Notes: a model not told the origin generated them from the sequence alone. A DNA stretch of 63,060 bases, filler included, from 5 parts of 5 records of this genome joined end to end with filler, not necessarily neighbours in it, one strand, 5' to 3'; counted from the first letter of the whole stretch, positions 28,731-38,979 are shown. A program made the numbers and translations.

Positions 28731-29291
28731 TTACAGGGCTTGCCCTAGGGTTTTTGCTTCAAGTCGCGTGCGCGCCTTGGATAGAATTTCAGCATGAGGA
28801 TGTATAGCCTCAATTCGTCGCAGGATCTCAAAAGCCTCCTGATAAAGCCCAGCATCATCGAAAATCAGCACCAGCCCTTCAAGCGCCTGAAAATGGCGTG
28901 GCTCCAGTGCTAAGGTGCGTTCGAGAGCGGCCAAAGCAGGGCCTATTTTACCCATGTTGAAGAGGGTCACCGCGCTAAGATTCCAGCCCTCAGCAAATTC
29001 TGGCGCATGATCTGTTAGGGCTGTCAAATACCCCATGGCCGCTTTCTGATCGCCTGCATCAATGGCAATCTTCGCCCGCGACAGCAGCAAATCAGCCGCT
29101 GCAGATCCGCTTTTCGACCATTCCTGCCGGATTTTCGCCTCCAAAGCCGGCGCATCAGCGGCGTCCACATTTTTTAAACGCTCAAACAATGGGTCCAACA
29201 GCGCCGATTGTCCCGCCGCCATCCCGGTTGCCGCCACAAATAGGCAGGTTGCCGCCACGATTGATTTGAGTTTCCAAACAACACTGGTCAT
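28731..29291 (-). CDS. TPR-containing exported protein
   Basis: Signal-like N-terminus; TPR pattern APEFAEGWN..LALEPRHFQALEGL. Confidence 0.75.
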   Translation of the reverse strand: MTSVVWKLKSIVAATCLFVAATGMAAGQSALLDPLFERLKNVDAADAPALEAKIRQEWSKSGSAAADLLLSRAKIAIDAGDQKAAMGYLTALTDHAPEFAEGWNLSAVTLFNMGKIGPALAALERTLALEPRHFQALEGLVLIFDDAGLYQEAFEILRRIEAIHPHAEILSKARTRLEAKTLGQAL

Positions 29292-29364
29292 AAGTCAGAT
29301 GTAGCACAGTTTTTCGGGGTTTCAGCCCCTCGCTGTAAAATAAAATGATTAAGGAACCTGTTGT

Positions 29365-29655
29365 ATGAGCGAAATTTTGAACCAAGCCCGTGATGTTTTA
29401 ACGCAGAAGCTGGACGGCGGCGTTTTTGATGGCTCTGCAAAGTTTTCAATTGCCGGTGAAGGCGCTTTAATCCTGGACAACCAAGGGGTGCGAATTTCTG
29501 ATGATCCGGCAGATGTGACCCTTTCGGCCACGGCAGACGTCTTTGAGGATATTCTTGCCGGCACGCAAAACCCAACCTCGGCTTTCATGAGCGGCAAGCT
29601 CTCGGTCGAGGGAGATATGGGTTTGGCCTTGCGACTGGCAGGTGTTTTGAGCTGA
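29365..29655 (+). CDS. SCP2 sterol/lipid-binding domain protein
   Basis: ADVTL..NPTSAFMSGKLSVEGDMGLALRL. Confidence 0.88.
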   Translation: MSEILNQARDVLTQKLDGGVFDGSAKFSIAGEGALILDNQGVRISDDPADVTLSATADVFEDILAGTQNPTSAFMSGKLSVEGDMGLALRLAGVLS

Positions 29656-30602
29656 TGCTCAGCCCTGCGCCGCTTGCGAATGATCTGGCGCGCGGCCCGG
29701 CGGAAGCTTCAGGCCATTGGGTGCAAACGCCAGACGGGCTGCGCTTGCGTCTTGGGGTTTGGAGGCAAGGGGCCAAAGGGACGGTCCTGATATTTCCCGG
29801 GCGCACTGAATATATCGAAAAATACGGCGGCGCCGCAGCTGCGCTTGCCGAGGCCGGTTACACCTCCCTGGCCATAGACTGGCGCGGCCAGGGCCTGTCA
29901 GATCGGCTGGTGCCAGATCGCTTGATTGGGCATGTGGACAGATTTTCTGACTATCAGCGGGACGTGCAAACTCTTCTGGCCGCAGCCAAATCCTTAGACC
30001 TGCCCAAACCGTATTTTCTGCTGGCCCACTCAATGGGTGGCTGCATTGGGTTGCGGGCGCTTTTGCAAGGCTTGCCCGTGCAGGCGGTCAGTTTCTCCGC
30101 ACCTATGTGGGGAATTTTGTTTCACCCTCCCGCGAAGCGCGCCTTGGCCTGGGGGTTATCCAGCCTCCTGCACCCGTTCAAATTGGCTGAGATGCGCGCG
30201 CCGGGAACCTCTGTTGGATCCTATCTACAGGAGGTTTCATTTGAGGAAAATCAGTTGAGCTGTGATCGGCAAATGTTTGAAATGATGCGGCATCAACTGC
30301 AAGAGCTTCCCGATTGCGCCCTTGGCGGCCCGAGCCTACGCTGGCTCAATGAGGCCCTGCGCGAGATGTTATCGCTGCACCGCCACCGCGCGCCTAATTA
30401 TCCCGCCCTATGCTTTGTCGGTGGACTGGAGACCATTGTCGACCCAAGGCGCATTCAGCAGCGTATGGCCCATTGGCCCGAAGCCAGCCTAAAGGTCATG
30501 CCCCAGGCCAAACATGAATTCATGATGGAACGCCCCGAAATCCGTAAGGCGTTTTACCGCGAAACCATCGCCCATTTTGATCGGCATCACCCAAGCGCAT
30601 GA
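29655..30602 (+). CDS. Alpha/beta hydrolase (lysophospholipase L2-like)
   Basis: PGRTEYIEKY, DWRGQGLS, AHSMGG, AKHE. Confidence 0.85.
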   Translation: MLSPAPLANDLARGPAEASGHWVQTPDGLRLRLGVWRQGAKGTVLIFPGRTEYIEKYGGAAAALAEAGYTSLAIDWRGQGLSDRLVPDRLIGHVDRFSDYQRDVQTLLAAAKSLDLPKPYFLLAHSMGGCIGLRALLQGLPVQAVSFSAPMWGILFHPPAKRALAWGLSSLLHPFKLAEMRAPGTSVGSYLQEVSFEENQLSCDRQMFEMMRHQLQELPDCALGGPSLRWLNEALREMLSLHRHRAPNYPALCFVGGLETIVDPRRIQQRMAHWPEASLKVMPQAKHEFMMERPEIRKAFYRETIAHFDRHHPSA

Positions 30603-31351
30603 ATGCCCTCCGCATCGGTATTGGCCCCAGACTTCATCCAACCCTGCTCAGATCCGATAAAGAACATATGCGCCCCAAATTGCGCCCAATCTGCCGCTTT
30701 CGCAGCATTGGGCACAAAGGTCATATAGGCCTTGCCCGACGCCTCCGCCGCCGCGCCGCACCGCGCTAAGGCCGCGCGCAATTGCTCAGAATTGGTGTCG
30801 CTATAGCCCATTGAAACGCTCATATCCGAAGGCCCCAGAAACAAGCCATCCACACCCGGGGTTGCGGCAATCTGCTCGACATTCTCCAGCGCCTCGGGCT
30901 CTTCAATCTGGGCAATCACAACAGTTTGACGTGCCGATTGCGCCAACACTTCCGCCATATTTTGCCTGCCATACCCGGCCCAACGCGTGGCGCCAGCAAA
31001 TCCGCGGCCGCCTGGGCCAAAATGCGCCGCGCGCACCAAATCCTTGGCCTGCTCTGCCGTGATGATATGCGGTGCCACCACGCCAACCGCGCCCATATCC
31101 AAAACCTGCAACACGGTTTGCGGTGCAAAATGCGTCACCCGCACCAGCACCGGAAAATCCAAGGCCCGCGCGACCGCCAAACAAGCATCGGTGCGCGCGC
31201 GGTCAAAGGGACTATGCTCCATATCGATGCAGATAAAATCTAGCTCCGAAGTTGCAAGAACCTCCACCAACTCATAGGCTGGCGTTTTCAAAAATGTCCC
31301 AGCCATCATATCGCGATTTGCCATGCGGGATTTAAAATTCTCGATGCGCAT
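30587..31351 (-). CDS. HpcH/HpaI aldolase family protein
   Basis: IDMEHSP, LDMGAVGVVAPHI, AQIEE, GLFLGPSDMS. ATG 31351 follows GGAG. Confidence 0.88.
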   Translation of the reverse strand: MRIENFKSRMANRDMMAGTFLKTPAYELVEVLATSELDFICIDMEHSPFDRARTDACLAVARALDFPVLVRVTHFAPQTVLQVLDMGAVGVVAPHIITAEQAKDLVRAAHFGPGGRGFAGATRWAGYGRQNMAEVLAQSARQTVVIAQIEEPEALENVEQIAATPGVDGLFLGPSDMSVSMGYSDTNSEQLRAALARCGAAAEASGKAYMTFVPNAAKAADWAQFGAHMFFIGSEQGWMKSGANTDAEGIHALG

Positions 31352-31538
31352 AAGTTCTCCAATTCTAGCAACAGTCAAAGCAGAGCATGAAGCGCGGGGA
31401 AATTCAATTTGAATTGCAGGCGCCTAAAGTGGCTTTCCTCTCGGCCCGAAAAACATTAGGTAAGGGACGAGATACCGAATATTATTGCTGCTCAAAATTG
31501 GGCGTTTTTGAGCCAGCTGACCGAACAATACAGCCCTG

Positions 31539-31813
31539 ATGGACCAATTCATGCTAAATGACACCCGCGTATTTGAGGCCAATTCACAAGGCGGCGGAGC
31601 CTTTGGAGACTTGCCAGAATGGGATCTCAGCGATCTTTATGCCTCCGAGGACGCAGCAGAGCTGCAGGCCGATCTGACATGGCTTAAACAGTCTTGTATA
31701 GACTTTTCCAATGATTATGAAGGAAAGCTCGCGCAGCTCAATGCGGATGAAATGCTCAAAGCGGTTGAGCGCTATGAGGCCATCGATATTATTGCCGGCC
31801 GGATCATGTCTTT
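31539..31813 (+). CDS. M3 family oligoendopeptidase, N-terminal fragment
   Basis: LPEWDLSDLY N-terminal motif; truncated at contig end. Confidence 0.75.
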
Positions 31814-31913
31814 NNNNNNNNNNNNNNNNNNNNNNNNNNNNNNNNNNNNNNNNNNNNTTAATTAATTAANNNNNNNNNNNNNNNNNNNNNNNNNNNNNNN
31901 NNNNNNNNNNNNN
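31814..31913. other. Artificial contig spacer
   Basis: N-run with central TTAATTAATTAA. Confidence 0.98.
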
Positions 31914-32042
31914 TACATAATACTACATTATAGCTATCAAATGAACTTCTACTATAAATAACCAAATGATAATATTTGTACTATAATTTATATTATGTTA
32001 AATTGTGTTTTTCTGTTCTGTTTATATAATTCAGACAATCCT

Positions 32043-32050
32043 TATATTTG
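32043..32050 (+). promoter_or_regulatory. Bacteroidota sigma-A -7 element
   Basis: TATATTTG (TAnnTTTG) ending 4 nt before ATG 32055. Confidence 0.6.
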
Positions 32051-32054
32051 CTTG

Positions 32055-33005
32055 ATGAATGCAATACCCTCACTCGATTTAAGAGACTTTACACAAGGTA
32101 CGAAAGAAACACGCACTGCTTTCGTAGCAGATTTAGGACAAGCGTACAAAGACATTGGGTTTGTTGCTGTTTCTGGTCACTATTTGTCACAAGAGCTAAT
32201 TGATGAGCTTTACACACAGATAAAAGCCTTTTTTGAGTTACCCGATTCGGTTAAACGAAACTATGAAATTGAAGGTCTAGGTGGCCAACGTGGTTATACT
32301 TCCTTTGGGAGAGAACACGCCAAGGGAAAGAAAGAAGGCGATTTAAAGGAGTTTTGGCATTTTGGGCAGTATGCTGCTGTTGCTGAGGCAATTAAGGAAC
32401 ATTATCCTCCCAATGTTATCGTTGAAGAAATACCAGCTTTTAACGAAATTGGGAAAAAAGTATTTCAAGCTTTAGAGCAAACAGGCATTGTCTTATTACG
32501 AGCAATAGCCCTGTATTTAAAGCTAGACGAACATTATTTTGATAATTTTGTCAGTACTGGAAATAGCATCCTACGCCCTATTCACTACCCGCCCATACAA
32601 GAAGCCCCCAAGAAAGCAGAACGTGCAGCAGCACATGGGGATATCAACCTAATTACCCTGTTAATGGGTGCTCATGGACGTGGATTACAAGTGTTAAACC
32701 GCAAGGGCGATTGGATTGATGCCATTGCAAAAGAAGACGAATTGATGATTAATGTTGGCGATATGCTTTCAAGACATACCAATAATGTGCTTAAATCAAC
32801 AATACACCGCGTGGTAAACCCACCTAAAGAACATTGGGGCGTTTCAAGATACTCCATTCCGTTCTTTATGCACCCAGTAGCTACCATGCCTATCGATGTG
32901 CTGCCAAATTGTATTACGGAGGAAGAACCCAAAAAATTCGAGGACATTACGGCTGGAGCGTTTCTTCGTGAACGACTTATTGATTTAGGGTTACTTAAGA
33001 AATAA
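32055..33005 (+). CDS. Isopenicillin-N-synthase-family 2OG-Fe(II) oxygenase
   Basis: IPSLDL, HYPP, AHGDIN (HxD), NVGDML, IHRVVNP, RYS. Confidence 0.88.
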   Translation: MNAIPSLDLRDFTQGTKETRTAFVADLGQAYKDIGFVAVSGHYLSQELIDELYTQIKAFFELPDSVKRNYEIEGLGGQRGYTSFGREHAKGKKEGDLKEFWHFGQYAAVAEAIKEHYPPNVIVEEIPAFNEIGKKVFQALEQTGIVLLRAIALYLKLDEHYFDNFVSTGNSILRPIHYPPIQEAPKKAERAAAHGDINLITLLMGAHGRGLQVLNRKGDWIDAIAKEDELMINVGDMLSRHTNNVLKSTIHRVVNPPKEHWGVSRYSIPFFMHPVATMPIDVLPNCITEEEPKKFEDITAGAFLRERLIDLGLLKK

Positions 33006-33343
33006 TGGCTAAACTAAGCAGCTTAGAAGATTTAAAAAAGCTATTCCCAGAAGCGGAAGGCACCTATATGCCTGATCCTAAAGAAAACAAAAGCACCACA
33101 AAAAAGCAATACTTAGAAGCACACTTTAGCAATAAAGGACGGGGCGGTAAAACAGTAACTGTTGTGAAAGGCTTTGAAGGGACTGAGGCTCAGCAAAAAG
33201 CCCTTGCTAAGAAGTTAAAGCAGTATTGTGGGGTTGGTGGTAGCTGTAAAGATGGCGATATTATTATCCAAGGAAAAGTTCGCGATAAAGTCATGGAATT
33301 CCTTCAACAAGATGGACACCACGTTAAACGAGTTGGTGGTTAG
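33005..33343 (+). CDS. SUI1/YciH translation initiation factor family
   Basis: GRGGKTVTVV, LKQYCGVGGSCKDG.IIIQG, VKRVGG. Confidence 0.9.
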   Translation: MAKLSSLEDLKKLFPEAEGTYMPDPKENKSTTKKQYLEAHFSNKGRGGKTVTVVKGFEGTEAQQKALAKKLKQYCGVGGSCKDGDIIIQGKVRDKVMEFLQQDGHHVKRVGG

Positions 33344-33345
33344 TG

Positions 33346-34011
33346 TTACCAGTTAATCTGATTTTTACGCTGTTCTTTTAAGTAGGTGTTTGCCTGACTA
33401 AAATGTTTATTACCAAACCAGAACCCTCGATTTGCGCTTAACGGAGAAGGGTGTCCCGCTTCCAAAACTAAATGTTTTGAACGATCGATTCGTTTGCCCT
33501 TTTGCTTGGCATAGTTGCCCCACAACATAAAAACAATCCCCGATTTTTTAGCAGATAGTGTGTCTATAATAGCATCAGTAAAGATTTCCCACCCTTTTTT
33601 TTGATGACTCCCCGCCTGCCCTGCTCGTACAGTTAGCGTTGCATTTAGTAACAACACCCCTTGATTGGCCCAAGGCAATAAGTTTCCAGAATTTGGGTAC
33701 GGCTTCCCTGTGTCGGATTCAAGTTCTTTAAAAATATTTATTAATGAAGGTGGGTGTACAACGCCTTCTGGAACAGAGAACGAAAGGCCATGGGCTTGTC
33801 CCTTTCCATGGTATGGATCTTGTCCTAAAATGACAACGTTTACCTTATCAAACGGACAGATGTCGAGTGCGCTAAAAATGTCTTTTTTAGATGGATAACA
33901 GCTAAATTGCTGCATCTCGATATCCACAAAATGATGTAAGGATTTAAAGTAAGGCTTTTCAAATTCATTGGCTAATTGGGTTTGCCATGATTTTTCCAAC
34001 TGAAGCTCCAT
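33346..34011 (-). CDS. ung: Uracil-DNA glycosylase
   Basis: GQDPYH, PPSL.NIF.EL, GVLLLN, HPSPLS. Confidence 0.96.
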   Translation of the reverse strand: MELQLEKSWQTQLANEFEKPYFKSLHHFVDIEMQQFSCYPSKKDIFSALDICPFDKVNVVILGQDPYHGKGQAHGLSFSVPEGVVHPPSLINIFKELESDTGKPYPNSGNLLPWANQGVLLLNATLTVRAGQAGSHQKKGWEIFTDAIIDTLSAKKSGIVFMLWGNYAKQKGKRIDRSKHLVLEAGHPSPLSANRGFWFGNKHFSQANTYLKEQRKNQINW

Positions 34012-34020
34012 GAAAAAAGT

Positions 34021-34028
34021 TATTTTTG
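34021..34028 (+). promoter_or_regulatory. Bacteroidota -7 element upstream of mutS2
   Basis: TATTTTTG. Confidence 0.5.
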
Positions 34029-34055
34029 CTACGCCTCAAGGTAAGAAAAATTGAA

Positions 34056-36227
34056 ATGAAAAAGATTGCACAAAAAACACTCGATGATCTTGAGTTTGGT
34101 ACCGTACTGGAACAAACGGCGTTGCGTTGTGCTACCGTTTCTGGAAAAGAACAGCTCCTAGCTTCTGAACCTGATACGCATATACAAGCTGTTCGGAGTG
34201 CGTTATTGCGCACCAACGAATATCACAGTTCGTTTTCAAACGACAAACCCCTGCCCAATCACGGTTTTGAAGATGTTACTCAGGAAATCGCTTTGCTGGG
34301 TGTTGAAAACAGTAAGATTGAAGCAGTCGGGTTTAGAAAGCTATTACTCCTTGTAGAAACCGCTCATGCACTTCTTGTTTTCCTCAAAAAGAATAAAGAC
34401 CGCTACCCTGCCCTATTTGAAGCAACCCATGATCAAATTCCAATAAAAGAAATTCCAGCCGAAATCAATCGAATTATTGACAATTTTGGTACGCTAAAGG
34501 ACAGGGCCTCAGATACCTTGTTTTCCATACGCAGACAAATGAACGGAGTACGATCAAAAATCAGTCAGAGTTTTGGCGCAGCGCTAAGCACCTATCACGG
34601 TTCGGGGTTTTTAGATGATATACGAGAAACTGTTATGGGAAATCGCCGTGTGTTGGCTGTAAAATCCATGTACAGACGAAAAGTTAAAGGAGTCATCCAC
34701 GGTAGCAGTAAAACCGGCAGTATTGTTTATATAGAGCCAGAAACAACCTTACAATACACGCAAGAGCTTCAAAACTTGGTGTATGATGAAAAGGAAGAAG
34801 TTGACCTTATACTTCGTGCTTTAACTGATTTTATGCGTCCATATGCCGATGACTTAGTGCAATATGCGTATTTTCTGACGCTTATGGATACGCATGCAGC
34901 CAAAGCATATTACGGCAAAGAGATGAATGCTGTAATGCCCGTACTGAGTGAGGGTCAAGAACTTGATCTTAAAGATGCGTATCATCCCCTACTCTATTTG
35001 AGTAACAAACAAAAACGCAATACCACCTACCCCCAAGACATTCACCTTCATCCTGAAAATAAAATTGTTGTAATATCGGGTCCAAATGCTGGAGGGAAAA
35101 GTATTACCCTGAAAACAATTGGCCTATTGCAGCTTATGTTGCAAAGTGGGTTTTTAATCCCTGTACACGAAAAAAGTCATGTTGGTGTTTTTGAGCGAAT
35201 CCTTACAGATATTGGAGATAATCAATCGATTGAAAATGAACTGAGCACCTACAGCTACCGACTTAAAAACATGCAACGCTTTTTAAAGAAATGTGATGCA
35301 AAAACCTTGTTTTTAATCGATGAATTTGGAACAGGATCTGACCCTGAATTGGGCGGCGCTCTTGCAGAAATATTTTTGGAAGTCTTTTATGAAAGAGAAT
35401 CATACGGGGCCATTACTACCCATTATTCCAATTTGAAATTACTGGCTAGTGAGTTGCCGAAGATGACTAATGCCAATATGCAATTTGACGGTAAAAGTTT
35501 ACAGCCTACCTTTCATTTGGTTATGGGAGAAGCGGGGAGCTCGTTTACGTTTGAGGTTGCACAGAAGAATGGTATTCCATATAGCATAATTAACAGGGCT
35601 AAAAAGAAAATTGAACACGGTAAAGTCCGTTTTGATGCAAGCATTGCTAAGCTGCAAAAAGAGCGTGCTAGTATGAGCAAAAACTCTAAGGAATTACACG
35701 AGGCATCCATTAAAAACAAACAAGAAAGCGATAAGTTAGAAACCCTTAATGCTAAGGTGAAGCAAAAGCTTGAACGTTATCAAGAATTATTTGACCAAGA
35801 ACAACGGATGATTGTGCTAGGGAATAAAGTGAATGAAGCAGCAGACCGTTTTTTCATGAGCAACAAAAAACGGCCACTAATCGCTGAGTTGTTGCAAATT
35901 GTAGAAACTGAGAACGCAAAACGTAAGCGTAAAACGGCAGTAGTTCACAAAAAGGAAACGCAAGAAAAGAAGGCGCTTAAACAAGAAGTAGCAATGAAAG
36001 TTGAGGTAGTTCGCGAAGAAAAAAAGAAGAAATCGACACAAAAACCTAAAAAAGACTTCAGCCCAAAGGTTGTTTTTCAGATTGGAGACTCCGTACGGAT
36101 GTTTGATGGAAAAGCTGTGGGTACTATTGACACGCTAGAAAAGAAAAAAGCGATTGTCAACTATGGAATCTTTACCACACAAGTGAACGTAGAAGCTTTA
36201 GAACTTGTTTCAAGATTAAAAAAATGA
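34056..36227 (+). CDS. mutS2: MutS2 family ATPase (KOW present, no Smr domain)
   Basis: SKTGSIVYIEP, SGPNAGGKS, DIGDNQSIENELSTYS, IDEFGTGSDP, ITTHY; coiled coil; C-terminal KOW. Confidence 0.88.
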   Translation: MKKIAQKTLDDLEFGTVLEQTALRCATVSGKEQLLASEPDTHIQAVRSALLRTNEYHSSFSNDKPLPNHGFEDVTQEIALLGVENSKIEAVGFRKLLLLVETAHALLVFLKKNKDRYPALFEATHDQIPIKEIPAEINRIIDNFGTLKDRASDTLFSIRRQMNGVRSKISQSFGAALSTYHGSGFLDDIRETVMGNRRVLAVKSMYRRKVKGVIHGSSKTGSIVYIEPETTLQYTQELQNLVYDEKEEVDLILRALTDFMRPYADDLVQYAYFLTLMDTHAAKAYYGKEMNAVMPVLSEGQELDLKDAYHPLLYLSNKQKRNTTYPQDIHLHPENKIVVISGPNAGGKSITLKTIGLLQLMLQSGFLIPVHEKSHVGVFERILTDIGDNQSIENELSTYSYRLKNMQRFLKKCDAKTLFLIDEFGTGSDPELGGALAEIFLEVFYERESYGAITTHYSNLKLLASELPKMTNANMQFDGKSLQPTFHLVMGEAGSSFTFEVAQKNGIPYSIINRAKKKIEHGKVRFDASIAKLQKERASMSKNSKELHEASIKNKQESDKLETLNAKVKQKLERYQELFDQEQRMIVLGNKVNEAADRFFMSNKKRPLIAELLQIVETENAKRKRKTAVVHKKETQEKKALKQEVAMKVEVVREEKKKKSTQKPKKDFSPKVVFQIGDSVRMFDGKAVGTIDTLEKKKAIVNYGIFTTQVNVEALELVSRLKK

Positions 36228-36598
36228 AACAGTCCGTAATCTGTTACGATAGTACATGCCTCATGTGTAGCAGGACAGTAGGTTATGTTTTAAAACATGA
36301 CTCAGGCAATTGTTTTGTTTTCACATCACTAAATGGAACTTTTGCAGGTCAACGCGAATTACCCGCTGAAACTGTTGTGGTGGTCACTCCAGAAAACACC
36401 ATTTTGATTAAACACAAAGCGATACGCTACATAGCATCTAAAATTCCTTCGTTGCGATGGCTTGAGATTCTTATGAGAATTACGCCTAATATATTACAAC
36501 TTTGGGGGTACGTTTTGGTTGCCCGTTATCGTAAACGTATTTATGGAAGTACTTCGTGCCCTTTACAGACCAATTATAGCAATCGATTTATTCCTTAG
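36224..36598 (+). CDS. DCC1-like thiol-disulfide oxidoreductase
   Basis: YDSTCLMC (DxxCxxC), Y..VARYR..IYG, C-terminal Cys and RF. Confidence 0.8.
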   Translation: MKQSVICYDSTCLMCSRTVGYVLKHDSGNCFVFTSLNGTFAGQRELPAETVVVVTPENTILIKHKAIRYIASKIPSLRWLEILMRITPNILQLWGYVLVARYRKRIYGSTSCPLQTNYSNRFIP

Positions 36599-37892
36599 GA
36601 TAATTATCATCCCAATTTTTCACTTTGGGCTTCCCAAGTTTCCCTAGCCATTTGGCTACTAACATGGATACTGAGGCATCACCTGTAACATTTACCGTAG
36701 TCCGGCACATATCCAAAGGACGGTCTACAGCAAAGATTAAGGCAAGCCCTGCTTCAGGAATACCCGCTTGTGCAAGCACAATTACTAACATGACCATTCC
36801 TGCACCGGGCACGGCTGCTGAGCCAATAGAGGCTAATGTTGCCGTGGCGATAATTCCTAACTGAGCACCCAAACTTAATTCCATACCAAATGCTTGAGCA
36901 ATAAATACTGCAGCAACAGCCTGATATAGGCTTGTTCCATCCATGTTTATGGTAGCGCCAATAGGAAGCACAAAACTTGTCACCTCTTCTTCTACTCCTA
37001 AGTGTTCGTGAACACGCTCCATAGTTACAGGAAGCGTGGCTGCAGATGAACTTGTTGAAAAGGCCAACAGTTGTGCAGGAGAAATTCCCTTAAGGAAAAA
37101 CCCAATTTTCTTTCCTGTAATTAATCGAACTAGAACGATGTAGAATAAAATCATCAATACTAATCCCAATAAAACGGTAAGGGTATAAAGGCCTAATGCT
37201 TTAAATAAATCTGCTGATGGAGATTCTGCAATTAAGGCTGCTAATAAGGCAAAAACGCCATAAGGAGCAGCCAACATTATTAAGTCAATGAGTTTTAAAA
37301 TAACCTCATTTAAGGCATCAAAAAAATCTTTTACGGGTTTAGATTTCTTTTTTGGAATAAGCACCAACCCTACACCAAAAAATATGGCGAAGAAAATAAC
37401 TTGAAGCATGTTCCCATTGTCTTGCATGGCTGCAAAAATATTAGAAGGCACTAAGTCAACTAAGGCTTGTAAGGGACCTGCTTCTTTCTGAACAGCAGCT
37501 ACAGTTTGTTTTGCAGCAGCGTCTGATGCATATGCACGTAACAATTCAGTTCGCGTTTCGTCAGAAATGGTATTACCAGGCTTTATTAGATTAACAACAC
37601 CCAATCCTATAGTAACAGCCGTTAGGGTCGTAAATAAGTACAAACCTATTGTACGTCCACCCATACTAGACAGCTGTGCTATATTTTTTAAATCAGACAC
37701 CCCTTTAACAAGCGAAGCTAAAATAAGTGGGACTGCAATAAGTTTAAGGGCATTAATAAATATAGTACCAAAAGGTTTAATCCAATCAATAACAAACACC
37801 TTCCCCCAACTATACTGACTGAATAATAACCCAAAAGAAACTCCAAGTAGCATCCCTAGTAAAATACGCCAGTGCAGAGCAAGTTTAGGCAT
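36588..37892 (-). CDS. Dicarboxylate/amino acid:cation symporter
   Basis: AFSTSSSAATLP, GATINMDGT, SIGSAAVPG, DRPLDMCRTTVNVTGD. Confidence 0.92.
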   Translation of the reverse strand: MPKLALHWRILLGMLLGVSFGLLFSQYSWGKVFVIDWIKPFGTIFINALKLIAVPLILASLVKGVSDLKNIAQLSSMGGRTIGLYLFTTLTAVTIGLGVVNLIKPGNTISDETRTELLRAYASDAAAKQTVAAVQKEAGPLQALVDLVPSNIFAAMQDNGNMLQVIFFAIFFGVGLVLIPKKKSKPVKDFFDALNEVILKLIDLIMLAAPYGVFALLAALIAESPSADLFKALGLYTLTVLLGLVLMILFYIVLVRLITGKKIGFFLKGISPAQLLAFSTSSSAATLPVTMERVHEHLGVEEEVTSFVLPIGATINMDGTSLYQAVAAVFIAQAFGMELSLGAQLGIIATATLASIGSAAVPGAGMVMLVIVLAQAGIPEAGLALIFAVDRPLDMCRTTVNVTGDASVSMLVAKWLGKLGKPKVKNWDDNYPKE

Positions 37893-37898
37893 GGTGTT

Positions 37899-38963
37899 TT
37901 AGATTTTTGAATTATTGTTACGCAGTGTAAAATCGGCTAAAACTAGCGCACACATCGCTTCTACTATAGGTACCGCTCTTGGCACAACACATGGATCGTG
38001 TCGTCCTTTGCCTTCCATAGTTACGGTATCCCCTTTTTTATCGATAGTTTCTTGAGGCTGCATGATTGTAGCAACAGGCTTAAAGGCTACATTAAAGTAA
38101 ATGTCCATCCCATTACTAATACCTCCTTGAATTCCTCCAGAATTATTGGTTTTTGTAGTGCCGTCTTCATTGTACAAATCATTGTGTGCACTTCCGCGAA
38201 GGGCTGCACCAGCAAAACCACTTCCATATTCAAAGCCTTTGACAGCATTAATCGATAGCATGGCTTGACCTAAAGTAGCGTGTAATTTATCAAATACGGG
38301 TTCACCTAAGCCAACAGGAACATTGCGTGCTACACAAGTTACTACGCCTCCTACGGTATCACCATCTTTACGTACTTGTTTAATGTAAGTTTCCATAGCA
38401 GCTGCCATTTTGGGATCGGCACAACGAACAATGTTTTCTTCGATATGAGAAAAATCAGTTAGCAACTGAGGATTCTCCATTTTTAAGTCTCCAACAGCTG
38501 AAACAAAGGCTTGAATTTGTACAGGTGCAAGAAATTGTTTGGCAATACTACCTGCAACTACACGAGCTGCTGTTTCACGCGCAGAACTTCTGCCCCCACC
38601 CCTGTAATCACGGAAACCATATTTTTGATCGTAAACATAATCAGCATGCGAAGGGCGGTAGCTGTCTTTTATGTGTGTGTAATCTTTCGATTTTTGATTG
38701 GTATTGTGAATGGTAAAACCAATGGGAGTCCCCGTGGTTTTCCCTTCAAAAACTCCAGAATAAATTTCAACGGTATCTGGTTCTTTTCGTTGAGTTACTA
38801 TAGCTGATTGACCAGGTTTTCTTCGATTTAAATCCTTTTGGACTTTATCCAAATCAATTGACACACCAGCAGGACAGCCATCAATAACACCACCCAATGC
38901 TGGGCCATGTGACTCACCATAAGTTGTTAGCGCAAAGATTTTTCCAAAAGTATTACCAGCCAT
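37899..38963 (-). CDS. aroC: Chorismate synthase
   Basis: [32 protein letters not shown]. Confidence 0.97.
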   Translation of the reverse strand: MAGNTFGKIFALTTYGESHGPALGGVIDGCPAGVSIDLDKVQKDLNRRKPGQSAIVTQRKEPDTVEIYSGVFEGKTTGTPIGFTIHNTNQKSKDYTHIKDSYRPSHADYVYDQKYGFRDYRGGGRSSARETAARVVAGSIAKQFLAPVQIQAFVSAVGDLKMENPQLLTDFSHIEENIVRCADPKMAAAMETYIKQVRKDGDTVGGVVTCVARNVPVGLGEPVFDKLHATLGQAMLSINAVKGFEYGSGFAGAALRGSAHNDLYNEDGTTKTNNSGGIQGGISNGMDIYFNVAFKPVATIMQPQETIDKKGDTVTMEGKGRHDPCVVPRAVPIVEAMCALVLADFTLRNNNSKI

Positions 38964-38979
38964 ATTTAAAATGTTTTTT

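Noticed and set aside
17060..31277. Many overlapping alternative-frame and antisense ORFs on the GC-rich contig
   Set aside because: They are shadows of well-supported genes, expected where stop codons are scarce, and show no family motifs.
16791..31913. GC-rich block as a horizontally acquired island
   Set aside because: Its boundaries coincide exactly with spacers and it holds core genes; it is a different organism's contig.
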